A DNA stretch of 64,000 nucleotides from Solirubrobacterales bacterium. Its GTDB lineage: Bacteria; Actinomycetota; Thermoleophilia; Solirubrobacterales; Solirubrobacteraceae. The DNA is taken from the NCBI GenBank assembly GCA_003244205.1, contig QHBW01000089.1:49-64048 (forward strand), written 5' to 3'. The notes under the pieces were generated by a model. That model ran no database searches, was not told where the DNA came from, and worked only from the letters and a program-made list of their open reading frames with translations. Below, one piece after another: positions 1 through 8,705 of this stretch. Made by a program: the position numbers and the translations under genes. The stretch's first letter is position 1, and each line of letters begins with the position of its first letter.

Positions 1-975
1 CCGGTACGGGGTGATCGATTCGGCCAACGAAGGATCCTCCTCCGCCACCAGCGCGGCGGCCGAGCGAGCGATCAGCTCGACCGCCTTGCGCGATTTGATG
101 AAGCAGATCGTGCGCGCCCCCGACAGCACGAGCGCCGCGAGCAGTTCGGCCGCTTCCTGGAGCGCCGAGCGGCGCACGCCGAGCGCTTCGTCGACCAACG
201 GAGGGTTCCAGATGGCGATCTCGCGTTCGGCGACCGGAGCGCCGTCGCGGTCCACCAAGGTGAAGTCCTCGAGGCCGGTGAGGCGCTCGGCGAGCTCGAC
301 CGGGTTGGCGATCGTGGCCGAGGCGAGCAGCAACCGCGGCTGGGTCCCGTAGGCGGCCGCGATGCGGCGCAGCCGGCGCAGCACGTTGGCCACGTGCGAG
401 CCGAGCACGCCGCGGTAGACGTGGGCCTCATCGAGCACGACCACGGCCAGGTTCGCGAAGAAGTCACCCCACGCGGCGTGGTTGGGCAGGATCCCCACGT
501 GCAGCATGTCGGGGTTGGTGAGCACGACGTTGGCGCGCTTGCGGATCGCGCCGCGCTCCGCGCGTGGGGTGTCGCCGTCGTAGATCGCCGGGCGGATACG
601 CGGGAGCGCGAGCGCCCCGAGCGCGCGCGCCTGGTCCTGGGCGAGCGCCTTGGTCGGGTAGAGGTAGAGCGCACGCGCCTTCGCGTCGGTGAGCATCGTC
701 TCGAGCGTGGGCAGCGTGAAGCACAGCGACTTCCCCGAAGCTGTCGGAGTCGTCACGATCACCGGCCCGCGCCAGGCCGCGTCGATCGCCTGCGCCTGGT
801 GGGTGTAGAGGGTGCTGACGCCGGTGCGCGTGAGGGCGCCCAGGAGCTCTGGATGAAGGTCCTTTGGTAGGGCCGCAGCGACAGCCGCGCGAGCGCCGGC
901 ACGCGTGCGATAAACGAGGCGCCCGTCGTGGCGGCCCTCGTCGAGCAGAGCGGTCCAAGGCGCATCGGCGGGCAT
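1..975 (-). CDS. DEAD/DEAH-box helicase (YprA/MrfA- or Lhr-like), N-terminal part; 3' end runs off the window
   Basis: Absent from the ORF track because it is open at position 1. My minus-strand translation from ATG 975 gives MPADAPWTALLDEG...THQAQAIDAAW..VIVTTPTASGKSLCF (motif I), LYLYPTKALAQDQ (Ia), VVVLDEAHVYRG (DEAH, motif II) and LLASATIANP (III). Confidence 0.85.
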   Translation of the reverse strand, partial: MPADAPWTALLDEGRHDGRLVYRTRAGARAAVAAALPKDLHPELLGALTRTGVSTLYTHQAQAIDAAWRGPVIVTTPTASGKSLCFTLPTLETMLTDAKARALYLYPTKALAQDQARALGALALPRIRPAIYDGDTPRAERGAIRKRANVVLTNPDMLHVGILPNHAAWGDFFANLAVVVLDEAHVYRGVLGSHVANVLRRLRRIAAAYGTQPRLLLASATIANPVELAERLTGLEDFTLVDRDGAPVAEREIAIWNPPLVDEALGVRRSALQEAAELLAALVLSGARTICFIKSRKAVELIARSAAALVAEEDPSLAESITPYR

Positions 976-1081
976 TGCCCCGATGGTAAGGGGCTGGGCG
1001 GGGCTTGCCCGCGGGAGTTGCCGGTCTTTGGGCGCGTCCGCCGGGAACGTCCGCCGGGAACGTCTGCCACGCTCCATCGCC

Positions 1082-1891
1082 GTGCGCTGTCTATACGTCG
1101 ATCTCGACAATACGCTGCTGGGGCGGGGAGCTTCGCTGCTGCGCGACGGGGTCGGGGACTTCAGCAGCCGCGGGGTGCGCGCGCTGGAGGCCTGCCACCG
1201 TGCTGGCGTAGAGGTAGTCATCTACTCGGGGCGCCAGCGCACGCAGGTGGCCGAGGACGCGCGGCTGCTCGGCTGCAGCGCCTTCATCTTCGACGTCGGC
1301 TGCGGCCTCTGCCTCGACGGCGAGGACGTCTGGCTCACCGACGGCCTCGTCCCGGGCGAGCGCACGATCTACGAGCAGATCACCGACTCGGGCGCGCCGG
1401 CGCTGTTGCTGGAGCGCTACGCAGGGCTGCTCGAGTACCACGACCCGTGGGCGCGCGGTCGCCTGGTCACGCACCTCTTTCGCGGTGAGATCGACGTGCT
1501 GGAGGCCAATCGGCTGCTGCGCGACCGCGAACTCGGGCACCTGTACATCGTCGATAACGGCGTGATCCCGCGACGCCCGGAGATGCGGGTCGCCATGGCG
1601 GCGCCGCATGGCTATCACCTGCTGCCAGCGGGGGCGTCGAAGGCGCGGGCCGTTGCGGAACACACGCGCGCGCGGGGGTATGCGCGCGAGGACTGCATCG
1701 CGGTGGGCGACTCGCGCGAGGATCTCGGCGCCGCCGAGGTGGTGGGGACGTTCTGGCTTGTGGCCAACGGCCTCGCGGCCGATCCGAGCATCCGCGCGGC
1801 GCTCGCCGGCCATCCCAACGCGTGCGTTTGCGAGGAGGCATACGGCGCCGGCGTCTATGAGGCGGTGCTGCGGACGCTCGCCGAGCGCTGA
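1082..1891 (+). CDS. HAD-superfamily hydrolase (Cof/IIB-type phosphatase-like)
   Basis: ORF 983..1891. It has the DxDxT motif LYVDLDNTLL and the motif IV GDSREDL. The first 33 codons look like shadow sequence, so in-frame GTG 1082 is the preferred start (uncertain). Confidence 0.75.
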   Translation: MRCLYVDLDNTLLGRGASLLRDGVGDFSSRGVRALEACHRAGVEVVIYSGRQRTQVAEDARLLGCSAFIFDVGCGLCLDGEDVWLTDGLVPGERTIYEQITDSGAPALLLERYAGLLEYHDPWARGRLVTHLFRGEIDVLEANRLLRDRELGHLYIVDNGVIPRRPEMRVAMAAPHGYHLLPAGASKARAVAEHTRARGYAREDCIAVGDSREDLGAAEVVGTFWLVANGLAADPSIRAALAGHPNACVCEEAYGAGVYEAVLRTLAER

Positions 1892-2970
1892 AACAGCTTC
1901 CGCAGCCGCGCCCAGAACCTGCGCCAAGCCCCGGGCGGTGGCCGTCGGAAGCGCGCCGGCGCCGGCACGGTGGTGCGAACCCGCGCGACCCAGTCGTCCA
2001 CCGGCAGCTGGCCCGCGATCAGGGCGCCGAGAGCGGAGGTCACCGGCGCGCCGACGCCCGCACGCTCGAGCGCATGGGCCAGCAGCGGGACCGACTCGAG
2101 CGCCTCCACGGTCTGTCCGATCCGTGCCGGGACCTCCGCGGCGGGGACGCCGGCGGCCAGCAGCGCGCCGGCGCGATAGTTGCGACTCTGGGGAGCCAGC
2201 GCGGTCGCGACGAGATCGCCCGTCCCGGCCAAGCCGATCAGCGACTCCGGCTGTGCCCCTCTCAGCGCTGCGAAGTGCCAGACCTCGGCGAAGATGTGTC
2301 CCGCCGCGGCGCCCGCGGCGTTGAGCCCCTGGGCCTCGGTCGCGCCGACCGCGAGGGCCGCGGCGTTCTTGGCGGCGCCGGCGAGCTCGACGCCGACTGG
2401 ATCCTCGGACTGCTCGCAGACCACGCCCGCGCGGTTGAAGACCTGCGCCAGCGCGTGAGCCAGCGCCTCGTCTGTGGATGCCGCCACCAGACCGGCGCCC
2501 TCGGTCACCATCTCCTGGGCGTGCGCGGGCCCACCGACGACCGCGACACGGTCGGCTCCCAGCACGGCGGTGAGCATCGTCGTGGGTGCGAGACCGTCGG
2601 GCGGGACGAGCCCCTTCGCGAGCGAGACCACCGCGGCGCGTCTGGGGAGACCGCGAGCCTCGAGGCCGCTGATGACCTCGTCGAGCCCGCCGGAGGGCAC
2701 ACCGAGGAAGACATAGTCCCCGCGCGCGAGACCGGCGTCGGCCGCTTCGATGCGCAGCTCGCGCGGCAGCTCCACGCCGGGGAGGTAGACCGTGTTCTCC
2801 TGCGCGGCGAGCAGCTCCTGGGCCTGCTCGGGGGTGCGTGTCTGCAGCGTGGTTCGCAGCCCGCCGCGGGCGAGGACCACCGCGACGGCGGTCCCGAAGG
2901 AGCCGGCGCCGATCACGATCGCACGACGGCCGGCGGGACCGGGGAGGTGGGGGCGGGGCAGCGGTGGCAT
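1855..2970 (-). CDS. gpsA: NAD(P)H-dependent glycerol-3-phosphate dehydrogenase
   Basis: ORF 1855..2970. It has the Rossmann motif VIGAGSFGTAVA, plus GAAKNAAALAVG and LAGTGDLVAT typical of GpsA. Its 3' end overlaps the convergent HAD gene by 37 nt. Confidence 0.9.
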   Translation of the reverse strand: MPPLPRPHLPGPAGRRAIVIGAGSFGTAVAVVLARGGLRTTLQTRTPEQAQELLAAQENTVYLPGVELPRELRIEAADAGLARGDYVFLGVPSGGLDEVISGLEARGLPRRAAVVSLAKGLVPPDGLAPTTMLTAVLGADRVAVVGGPAHAQEMVTEGAGLVAASTDEALAHALAQVFNRAGVVCEQSEDPVGVELAGAAKNAAALAVGATEAQGLNAAGAAAGHIFAEVWHFAALRGAQPESLIGLAGTGDLVATALAPQSRNYRAGALLAAGVPAAEVPARIGQTVEALESVPLLAHALERAGVGAPVTSALGALIAGQLPVDDWVARVRTTVPAPARFRRPPPGAWRRFWARLRKLFQRSASVRSTAS

Positions 2971-3164
2971 CTGATTGTCGCAACTTGCGGCCTAAAGAGC
3001 GCAAAAAGGGCAGGCCACGGTCCGCCGAGCCGGGCGTATGGTATTTGATGCCGAGACGGTCGCTCCGGGGAGGCCACCGGTCTAACTGGGTAGTGATCGA
3101 TACGGAAGGCAGCTGTGAGCCTGACCACTTCAGGTCAGATCCTTGAGGTCGTTCCAGTGGGCTG

Positions 3165-3494
3165 GTGCTGGGCATGGGCATGAGCGTGCCGTGGCATTCC
3201 GCGCAACGGTTCGACGCCACGATCGCGTCGCTGGGCGACCTCGGGGCCGACGAGCAGCGCGTCGTGATGGGCAATCTCGTGCTCAGCGTCGGCGATGAGG
3301 TGGTGCTGCGCCCGAGCGAGCGTCGCGACATCAGCCTCGCGGGGCGCTGGGCCCGGATCGAGCGCATCCTGATCGACTACATCGGCAGCGTTCGGATCGC
3401 GATCTCGCTTGCGGATGCACATGAGCGCCCAGGAGACCGCGGTCGCGTGCTGGTGGTCGCGCCCGAGGAGCTCGAGCCCTCGCGCAACAGCTAG
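3165..3494 (+). CDS. hypothetical protein (109 aa)
   Basis: ORF 3165..3494 has strong GC3 bias and non-repetitive sequence. I recognise no family. Confidence 0.5.
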   Translation: MLGMGMSVPWHSAQRFDATIASLGDLGADEQRVVMGNLVLSVGDEVVLRPSERRDISLAGRWARIERILIDYIGSVRIAISLADAHERPGDRGRVLVVAPEELEPSRNS

Positions 3495-4489
3495 AACGCG
3501 CTGACCAAGCGCGCCGCGGCCAGCTCGAGCTGCTCCGGCGAAGATCCCTCGAGCACCATCTGCAGGTCGAGCATGCGCGCCGCGAAGGCGTCGAGTCGGC
3601 GCTCGCCGACGACGGCAAAGCAGGGCACGCCCGCCTGCCGGCAGCGTGTTGCCGCCTCCCAGACGAGCTTGCCTTCCATCGTGCTCTCGTCGAGTCGCCC
3701 CTCCCCGAGGACGACGGCGTGAGCCGCGCGCATGCGCGCGTCGAAGTCGAGTGCCCCGAGCACGAAGGCAGCGCCCGGCTCCAGACGGGCGCCGAGCTCT
3801 GCCCACAGCCCCCCGGAGAGGCCGCCGGCCGCGCCCGTCAGCGGCAGGCCCCGAGGGTCGCGCGCCATCCGCGCGGCGAGCCGATCGAGGCGCCTGGACA
3901 GCCGGCGGACGGTCGCGGGGTCGGCGCCCTTCTGCGGACCAAAGACTTCGGCCGCGCGCTCCCACGGGGTGCGCACGTCGCAAAGGACCACGACCGATGT
4001 CCCAGGCTCGAGGCCCCCGGCGTCGCGGATCGCCGCGAGCGCTCCCGCCCCACCATCGCTCGTCGCGCTCCCTCCGGCCGCGACGAGCACCTCGCTTGCC
4101 CCGGCGCGCGCGGCGGCGACGATCAGCTCGCCGGTACCGCGTGTAGAGGCCGCGAAGGGGTCGCGCTCGGACTCGCTCAAGAGCGCGATGCCACTCGCCG
4201 CAGCCGCCTCGACGACGGCCAGGCCGCTCCGACCGCCGTCCAGCAGCACGAACGAGGCCTCGATCTCTCTGCCGAGCGGGTCATGGACGCGGGCCAGCTG
4301 GGTCTCACCGCCGAGCCCCAGCCGCAGCGCCTCCGCGGTGCCCTCGCCGCCGTCGGCGACCGGGCAGAGGTCAACTGCCGGCCAGCCGCCGGCCCGCAGC
4401 CCGCGCGCGATCGCGTTGGCCACCTCGGTCGCACTGAGCGTGCCCTTGAAGGCATCGGGGGCCACGAGCACCGGGTCGTGCGTTCTCAT
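3491..4489 (-). CDS. glxK: glycerate kinase (GlxK/GarK family)
   Basis: ORF 3491..4489. The N-terminus VLVAPDAFKGTLSA, PVADGGEGT and GEGRLDESTMEGK are glycerate kinase hallmarks. Confidence 0.85.
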   Translation of the reverse strand: MRTHDPVLVAPDAFKGTLSATEVANAIARGLRAGGWPAVDLCPVADGGEGTAEALRLGLGGETQLARVHDPLGREIEASFVLLDGGRSGLAVVEAAAASGIALLSESERDPFAASTRGTGELIVAAARAGASEVLVAAGGSATSDGGAGALAAIRDAGGLEPGTSVVVLCDVRTPWERAAEVFGPQKGADPATVRRLSRRLDRLAARMARDPRGLPLTGAAGGLSGGLWAELGARLEPGAAFVLGALDFDARMRAAHAVVLGEGRLDESTMEGKLVWEAATRCRQAGVPCFAVVGERRLDAFAARMLDLQMVLEGSSPEQLELAAARLVSAF

Positions 4490-4515
4490 CGCAGAGATCG
4501 TGTCACCCTGCCGGC

Positions 4516-5526
4516 GTGGCCAAGGGCGAGGCGATCGCGATCGAGGCCGGGGGGCGAGAGGTCCGGCTGTCGAACCCCGACAAGGTCTACTTTCCGCAGG
4601 CCGGCTGGACGAAGGGCGACATCGCGCGCTTCTACCTCGACTGCGCCGAGGCGATCCTGATCCACCTGCGCGAGCGCCCCACGGTGCTCAAGCGCTACGT
4701 CGACGGCATCGAGGGCAAACCCTTCTACCAGAAGCGCATCCCCAAGTCGGCCCCCGGTTGGATCGAGTCCACGACGCTGACGTTCCCCTCGGGGCGCTCG
4801 GCGACCGAGCTCGTCCCGGTCGACGCCGCGCATCTGATCTGGGCGGTGAACCTCGGCAATGTCGACTTCAATCCCCACCCGGTCCGGCGCGTCGACCTCG
4901 ATCACCCCGACGAGCTGCGCGTCGACCTCGACCCGACGCCGGAGGCCTCGTGGGACGACGTCCGGCGCGTCGCGCTCATCGCTCGCGACGTGCTCGCAGA
5001 CCACGGGCTGCGTGGCTACCCGAAGACGTCGGGCTCGCGCGGGATCCACATCAACGTGCGCATCGTCGCCGAGCACGGCTTCACGACCGTGCGCCGCGCC
5101 GCGCTCGCCCTGGCGCGGGAGGTTGAGCGCCGCGCGCCCGAGCTGGCCACCTCGAAGTGGTGGAAGGAGGAGCGTCACGGCGTCTTCGTCGACTACAACC
5201 AGAACGCCAAGGATCACACCGTGGCGTGCGCCTACAGCGTGCGTCCCGTCCCCGACGCGCGCGTCTCGACGCCGCTGGAATGGGACGAGGTCGCCGACGT
5301 CGACCCCGCTGAGCTGCGCATCGACACGGTGCCCAGCCGCCTGCGCGAGCGCGGCGACCCGAGCGCCTCGATCGACGAGAACCCCGGCTTGCTGCAGGAG
5401 CTGCTGGGGCTCGCGGATCGCGACGAGCGCGAGGGTCTCGGCGACGCGCCGTGGCCGCCCTTCTTCACCAAGCAGGAGGGCGAGCCCAAGCGGGTCCAGC
5501 CCAGCCGCGCCCGCGACCCCGACTGA
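4516..5526 (+). CDS. archaeo-eukaryotic primase-polymerase (LigD polymerase domain / Prim-PolC-like), stand-alone
   Basis: ORF 4516..5526. NPDKVYFP, FYQKR, RVDLDP, KTSGSRGIHI and VFVDYNQN match the LigD-Pol/AEP catalytic core. Confidence 0.85.
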   Translation: MAKGEAIAIEAGGREVRLSNPDKVYFPQAGWTKGDIARFYLDCAEAILIHLRERPTVLKRYVDGIEGKPFYQKRIPKSAPGWIESTTLTFPSGRSATELVPVDAAHLIWAVNLGNVDFNPHPVRRVDLDHPDELRVDLDPTPEASWDDVRRVALIARDVLADHGLRGYPKTSGSRGIHINVRIVAEHGFTTVRRAALALAREVERRAPELATSKWWKEERHGVFVDYNQNAKDHTVACAYSVRPVPDARVSTPLEWDEVADVDPAELRIDTVPSRLRERGDPSASIDENPGLLQELLGLADRDEREGLGDAPWPPFFTKQEGEPKRVQPSRARDPD

Positions 5527-5532
5527 CGGCGC

Positions 5533-6498
5533 TCAGGCGTCGAGCTGCTCCAGCTTGCAGTCGCGCGGATCCTTGTCCTCGCGCCAGCGCACGATCTTGG
5601 TGCCGTGGCGGATGCGCCCATCGGAGACGTGGTCGAAGCTGACCTCGACGACGAGCTCGGGACGCAGCACCACCCACTCCAGCTCGCGCGCATTGTTCCA
5701 GCGGCTGGGGTCGCCGCGGCCACGCTCACCGGTCTCAAACGGCACCAGGCGCCCGACCAGCTCGCGCTTCTCGCGCGCCTTGAAGCCCGAGGTGTGTCCA
5801 ACCACGCGCAGCTCCTGGGAGTCGTCATAGAGGCCAAGAATCAGCGAGCCGACCGTGCTTTCTTCCTTCCCAGGACGCCATCCGGTGACCACGGCGTCGA
5901 TCGTTCGCACACGCTTGACCTTCACCATTCCGGTGCGCTCCCCGGGACGGTAGGGGGCGGCGAGCTGCTTGGAGACGACGCCCTCGGCGCCGCGCAGCCA
6001 GGGCTCCGCCTCGCCGGCGTCGGTCGTCGACGGGGTCAAGTCGACGGTCGCCGGGCCGGGGTCTGGCAGCGATCCCAGCAGGCCCTCGAGCGCCGCTCGG
6101 CGCTGCGCGAAACCCAACTCGAGCAGGATCTCGTCCTCGCGAGACAACAAGTCGAAGGCGATGAAGCGCGCGGGCGTCTCGACTGACAGGCGCGCGATCC
6201 GCGACTCCGCCGGGTGCACCCGCTGGCCGAGCAAGTCGAACTCCTGGCGCCCTTCGGCGCCGAAGATCACGATCTCGCCGTCGAGCACGTAGCGCCCGCG
6301 GGGGAACTGCAGCTCGGGGAAGTAGCGCCGCATCGGCTTGCCGTTGCGCGACTGCAGGTAGACCTCCTCGTCGTCGACGAACGCCAACGTGCGGAAACCG
6401 TCCCACTTGGGCTCGTGCGCCCAGCCGCCGCCGTCGGGCACCGTCGCCCGCGGGCGCGCGAGCTGGGGCGCGACCGGCGGTTCCAGCGCGAGCGCCAT
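5533..6498 (-). CDS. ATP-dependent DNA ligase, ligase plus OB fold only (LigC-like)
   Basis: ORF 5533..6498. It has the adenylation motif EPKWDGFR (KxDG), DGEIV, GVVSK and KVKRVRTIDAVV. Confidence 0.85.
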   Translation of the reverse strand: MALALEPPVAPQLARPRATVPDGGGWAHEPKWDGFRTLAFVDDEEVYLQSRNGKPMRRYFPELQFPRGRYVLDGEIVIFGAEGRQEFDLLGQRVHPAESRIARLSVETPARFIAFDLLSREDEILLELGFAQRRAALEGLLGSLPDPGPATVDLTPSTTDAGEAEPWLRGAEGVVSKQLAAPYRPGERTGMVKVKRVRTIDAVVTGWRPGKEESTVGSLILGLYDDSQELRVVGHTSGFKAREKRELVGRLVPFETGERGRGDPSRWNNARELEWVVLRPELVVEVSFDHVSDGRIRHGTKIVRWREDKDPRDCKLEQLDA

Positions 6499-6501
6499 CG
6501 C

Positions 6502-7305
6502 TCAGTCCAGTCGCTGCGCCGCCGTAGGACCACGCAGCGCGCGCAGGAAGCGGTCGCCCAAGCGCGGCGAGAGACCGTGCACGACGCGCAGCACGCGCAC
6601 CAGGCCGGGGTAGTAGACCGCGCGCGCGTCCGCCTCCACGCCGGCCACGATGCGCTCGGCCAGCTTCTCGGCAGGGACGGCGTCCGGGCCGCCGCGATAC
6701 CACGCCGGCATCGTCGCCTTCTCGTGGTCGTGCAGCGCCGTGGCGATCTCGCCGGGGTAAACCAGGGTCACGCCGACCCCCGTACCCGCCAGCTCGTGGC
6801 GCAGGGCCTCGCCGAAGCCGCGCTGGGCGGCCTTCGTCGCTCCGTACACCGCTGCCGAGGGGAACGAGCGGATGCCGGCTCCCGAGGAGACGATCACGAT
6901 CTGGCCGCTGCCCTGCTCGAGCAGGTGCGGCAGCGCGGCGGAGACGAGGTTCAGCGTGCCCACCCAGTTGACCTCGGTCATCGCCCGCGCGCGTTCGAAC
7001 GGGGTGGTCGCGAAGGGACCGTAGTGGGCGATACCGGCGTTGGCCACGACCAGGTCGAGGCCGTTGGCCAGGGTACGAAAGCGCGTCACCGCTTCGCTCA
7101 GCGCGTCGACGTCAGTGACGTCGCAGGGGAGGGGGACATACTGACCGGTCCCGCCCAATGCGCCGGCGAGCTGCTCGAGCTCTGACGCCGAGCGTGCCGC
7201 CAGTCCCAGCGTCGCGCCGCGGCCCGCGAGGACCACGGCCAGCGCCCGCCCGATCCCGCGCGAGGCGCCGGTGACAAGCGCGCGGGTCTCGGGTCCGATG
7301 CGCAT
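6502..7305 (-). CDS. SDR family oxidoreductase
   Basis: ORF 6502..7305. It has TGASRGIG, NAG and the YGATKAA (YxxxK) catalytic motif. Confidence 0.85.
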   Translation of the reverse strand: MRIGPETRALVTGASRGIGRALAVVLAGRGATLGLAARSASELEQLAGALGGTGQYVPLPCDVTDVDALSEAVTRFRTLANGLDLVVANAGIAHYGPFATTPFERARAMTEVNWVGTLNLVSAALPHLLEQGSGQIVIVSSGAGIRSFPSAAVYGATKAAQRGFGEALRHELAGTGVGVTLVYPGEIATALHDHEKATMPAWYRGGPDAVPAEKLAERIVAGVEADARAVYYPGLVRVLRVVHGLSPRLGDRFLRALRGPTAAQRLD

Positions 7306-7338
7306 TGCTGCGCATCGTAGGGCGCCAAGCGCTGCGGC

Positions 7339-8286
7339 TCAGTGCGGCAGCGGCTGGGTTACGTGCAGCGCGCAGTAGGCGTCGCGCGAGACCCGGTAGC
7401 CGGGTGGGAACTGGATCGCCGCGATCGCGTGCGCCCAGAGCGCTGCGTTCGCCTCGATCGATGCCTCCACGCGGCGGCGCGCCGCGGGCGTGGGTGCGTT
7501 GAGCAGGCGCTCGGCGTTGCGCCAGACGCCCTCGCGCCAGGCCTGAACGAGCTGGTCGCCGGAGATGTTGCCGACGAGACCGAGGACGGGGTTGAACGAG
7601 GGTGCGATCAGGTTCTCGATCGGGTCGAAGCGCTGGGCGATCGAGTCGGTCACCGACTGGAAGGCGCGGTTGAGCAGCTCGTTGAAGCGGTCGTGATCGA
7701 CCTTGTGAGAGACGCCGCCGGGCGTGTGCAGCCCGACCGCGGCGAGCATGTAGGGCATGTCGCGCTGCACGTGGGCGTTGATCCCGAGCAGCATGTCCTC
7801 GATCGCGTTGGCGTCGCCCGTGCGCGCGGTATTGAAGGCGACCCGCCACGCTGCCGGCACCGCCTGGCCGCGCTGGTAGCGGTCGAACCACTTGAAGTAG
7901 AGGTCGGCGAAGACCCCGTCCTCGCCGATCACCCACTTGGGATCCTGGAATCCCGCCGTACCGTCGCGCAGCGCGTCGCGGAAGGTGATCGTCAGCAGCT
8001 CGTAGGTGGTCGTGAAGACGGCGCGGTGGTCGCAGCCGAGCTGCTGGCGCAGCGCGTCCATGCGCGCGATCTCGTTGTCGATACACGACGGCGCGGGGGT
8101 GGCGCAGCCGGTCGCGCCGCTGAACTGCGGGTTCGTCCGCGTCGGCAGTCCTGGCAGCAACGACGACCACGGGATCGTCGGCGGGGGCTGGTAGGCGTCG
8201 GCTGCCGGCGCTGCCGCGGCGCAAGCCGCCAGCGCGATTGCCACCGCGATCCTCCCGGATACCTTCTTCACCGCGCTACACATCAT
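7339..8286 (-). CDS. secreted protein of unknown function (DUF5995-like, recalled from memory)
   Basis: ORF 7339..8286. It has the signal peptide KKVSGRIAVAIALAACAAAAPAADA. The GINAHVQRDMPYMLA block resembles the DUF5995 family. Confidence 0.65.
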   Translation of the reverse strand: MMCSAVKKVSGRIAVAIALAACAAAAPAADAYQPPPTIPWSSLLPGLPTRTNPQFSGATGCATPAPSCIDNEIARMDALRQQLGCDHRAVFTTTYELLTITFRDALRDGTAGFQDPKWVIGEDGVFADLYFKWFDRYQRGQAVPAAWRVAFNTARTGDANAIEDMLLGINAHVQRDMPYMLAAVGLHTPGGVSHKVDHDRFNELLNRAFQSVTDSIAQRFDPIENLIAPSFNPVLGLVGNISGDQLVQAWREGVWRNAERLLNAPTPAARRRVEASIEANAALWAHAIAAIQFPPGYRVSRDAYCALHVTQPLPH

Positions 8287-8705
8287 GACAGCGCTCGTCG
8301 GAGCCAGTCGCGCAGCTCGACGATGTAGCCGGGATCGATCGTATGCGCGATTGGGCTCTCGCGGTAGGTGACGTCGAGCCCTGCCGCTCTGAGGCGCTCG
8401 CGCGCGTCGCGCCCGAAGTCGATCGGAATGACGGGGTCGTGGGTGCCGTGGCCGATCGCTACGGGCACGCCTTTGTGGGCCTCGAGGTCGAGCTCGAAGT
8501 CCTCCACCGTGGGGAGGAATCCGCTCAGCGCGATCAGGCCCGCGGGCGACGACGGCCTGTCGCTTGCGAGCGCGAGCGCATAGCTCATCACGCTGCCCTG
8601 CGAGAAGCCGCCGAGGATCGTCTTCGAGAGCGCCACCCCGATCGCGTCGGGGAGGGCGTCGAGCCAGTCGGCGAGCTGCTGAGAGCCGCGGGCCAGCTCG
8701 TCCGC
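8283..8705 (-). pseudogene. phospholipase/carboxylesterase-family alpha/beta hydrolase, 5'-truncated remnant
   Basis: Family-like sequence ADELARGSQQLADWLDALPDAIGVALSKTILGGFSQGS (GxSxG)...HGTHDPVIP... covers only about the C-terminal two thirds. Homology stops near 8705 with no N-terminal region or start. The track ORF 8283..8636 starts at an internal GTG. Confidence 0.6.

Noticed and set aside
3102-3114. SRP (4.5S) RNA, because of ACGGAAGGCAGC resembling the conserved CCGGAAGGAAGCAGC
   Set aside because: The flanks cannot form the GNRA-capped helix 8 (no closing pairs). There is no complementary 3' strand or symmetric-loop motifs.
1091-3367. A 758-aa ORF, and many similar long ORFs (for example 8588..9808, 21985..23400, 25395..26450, 30094..31224, 31720..33282, 56181..57152)
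   Set aside because: They are extremely Arg/Pro/Ala/Gly-rich with no motifs. They lie antisense or out of frame to clearly recognisable genes. These are typical shadow ORFs of very GC-rich DNA.
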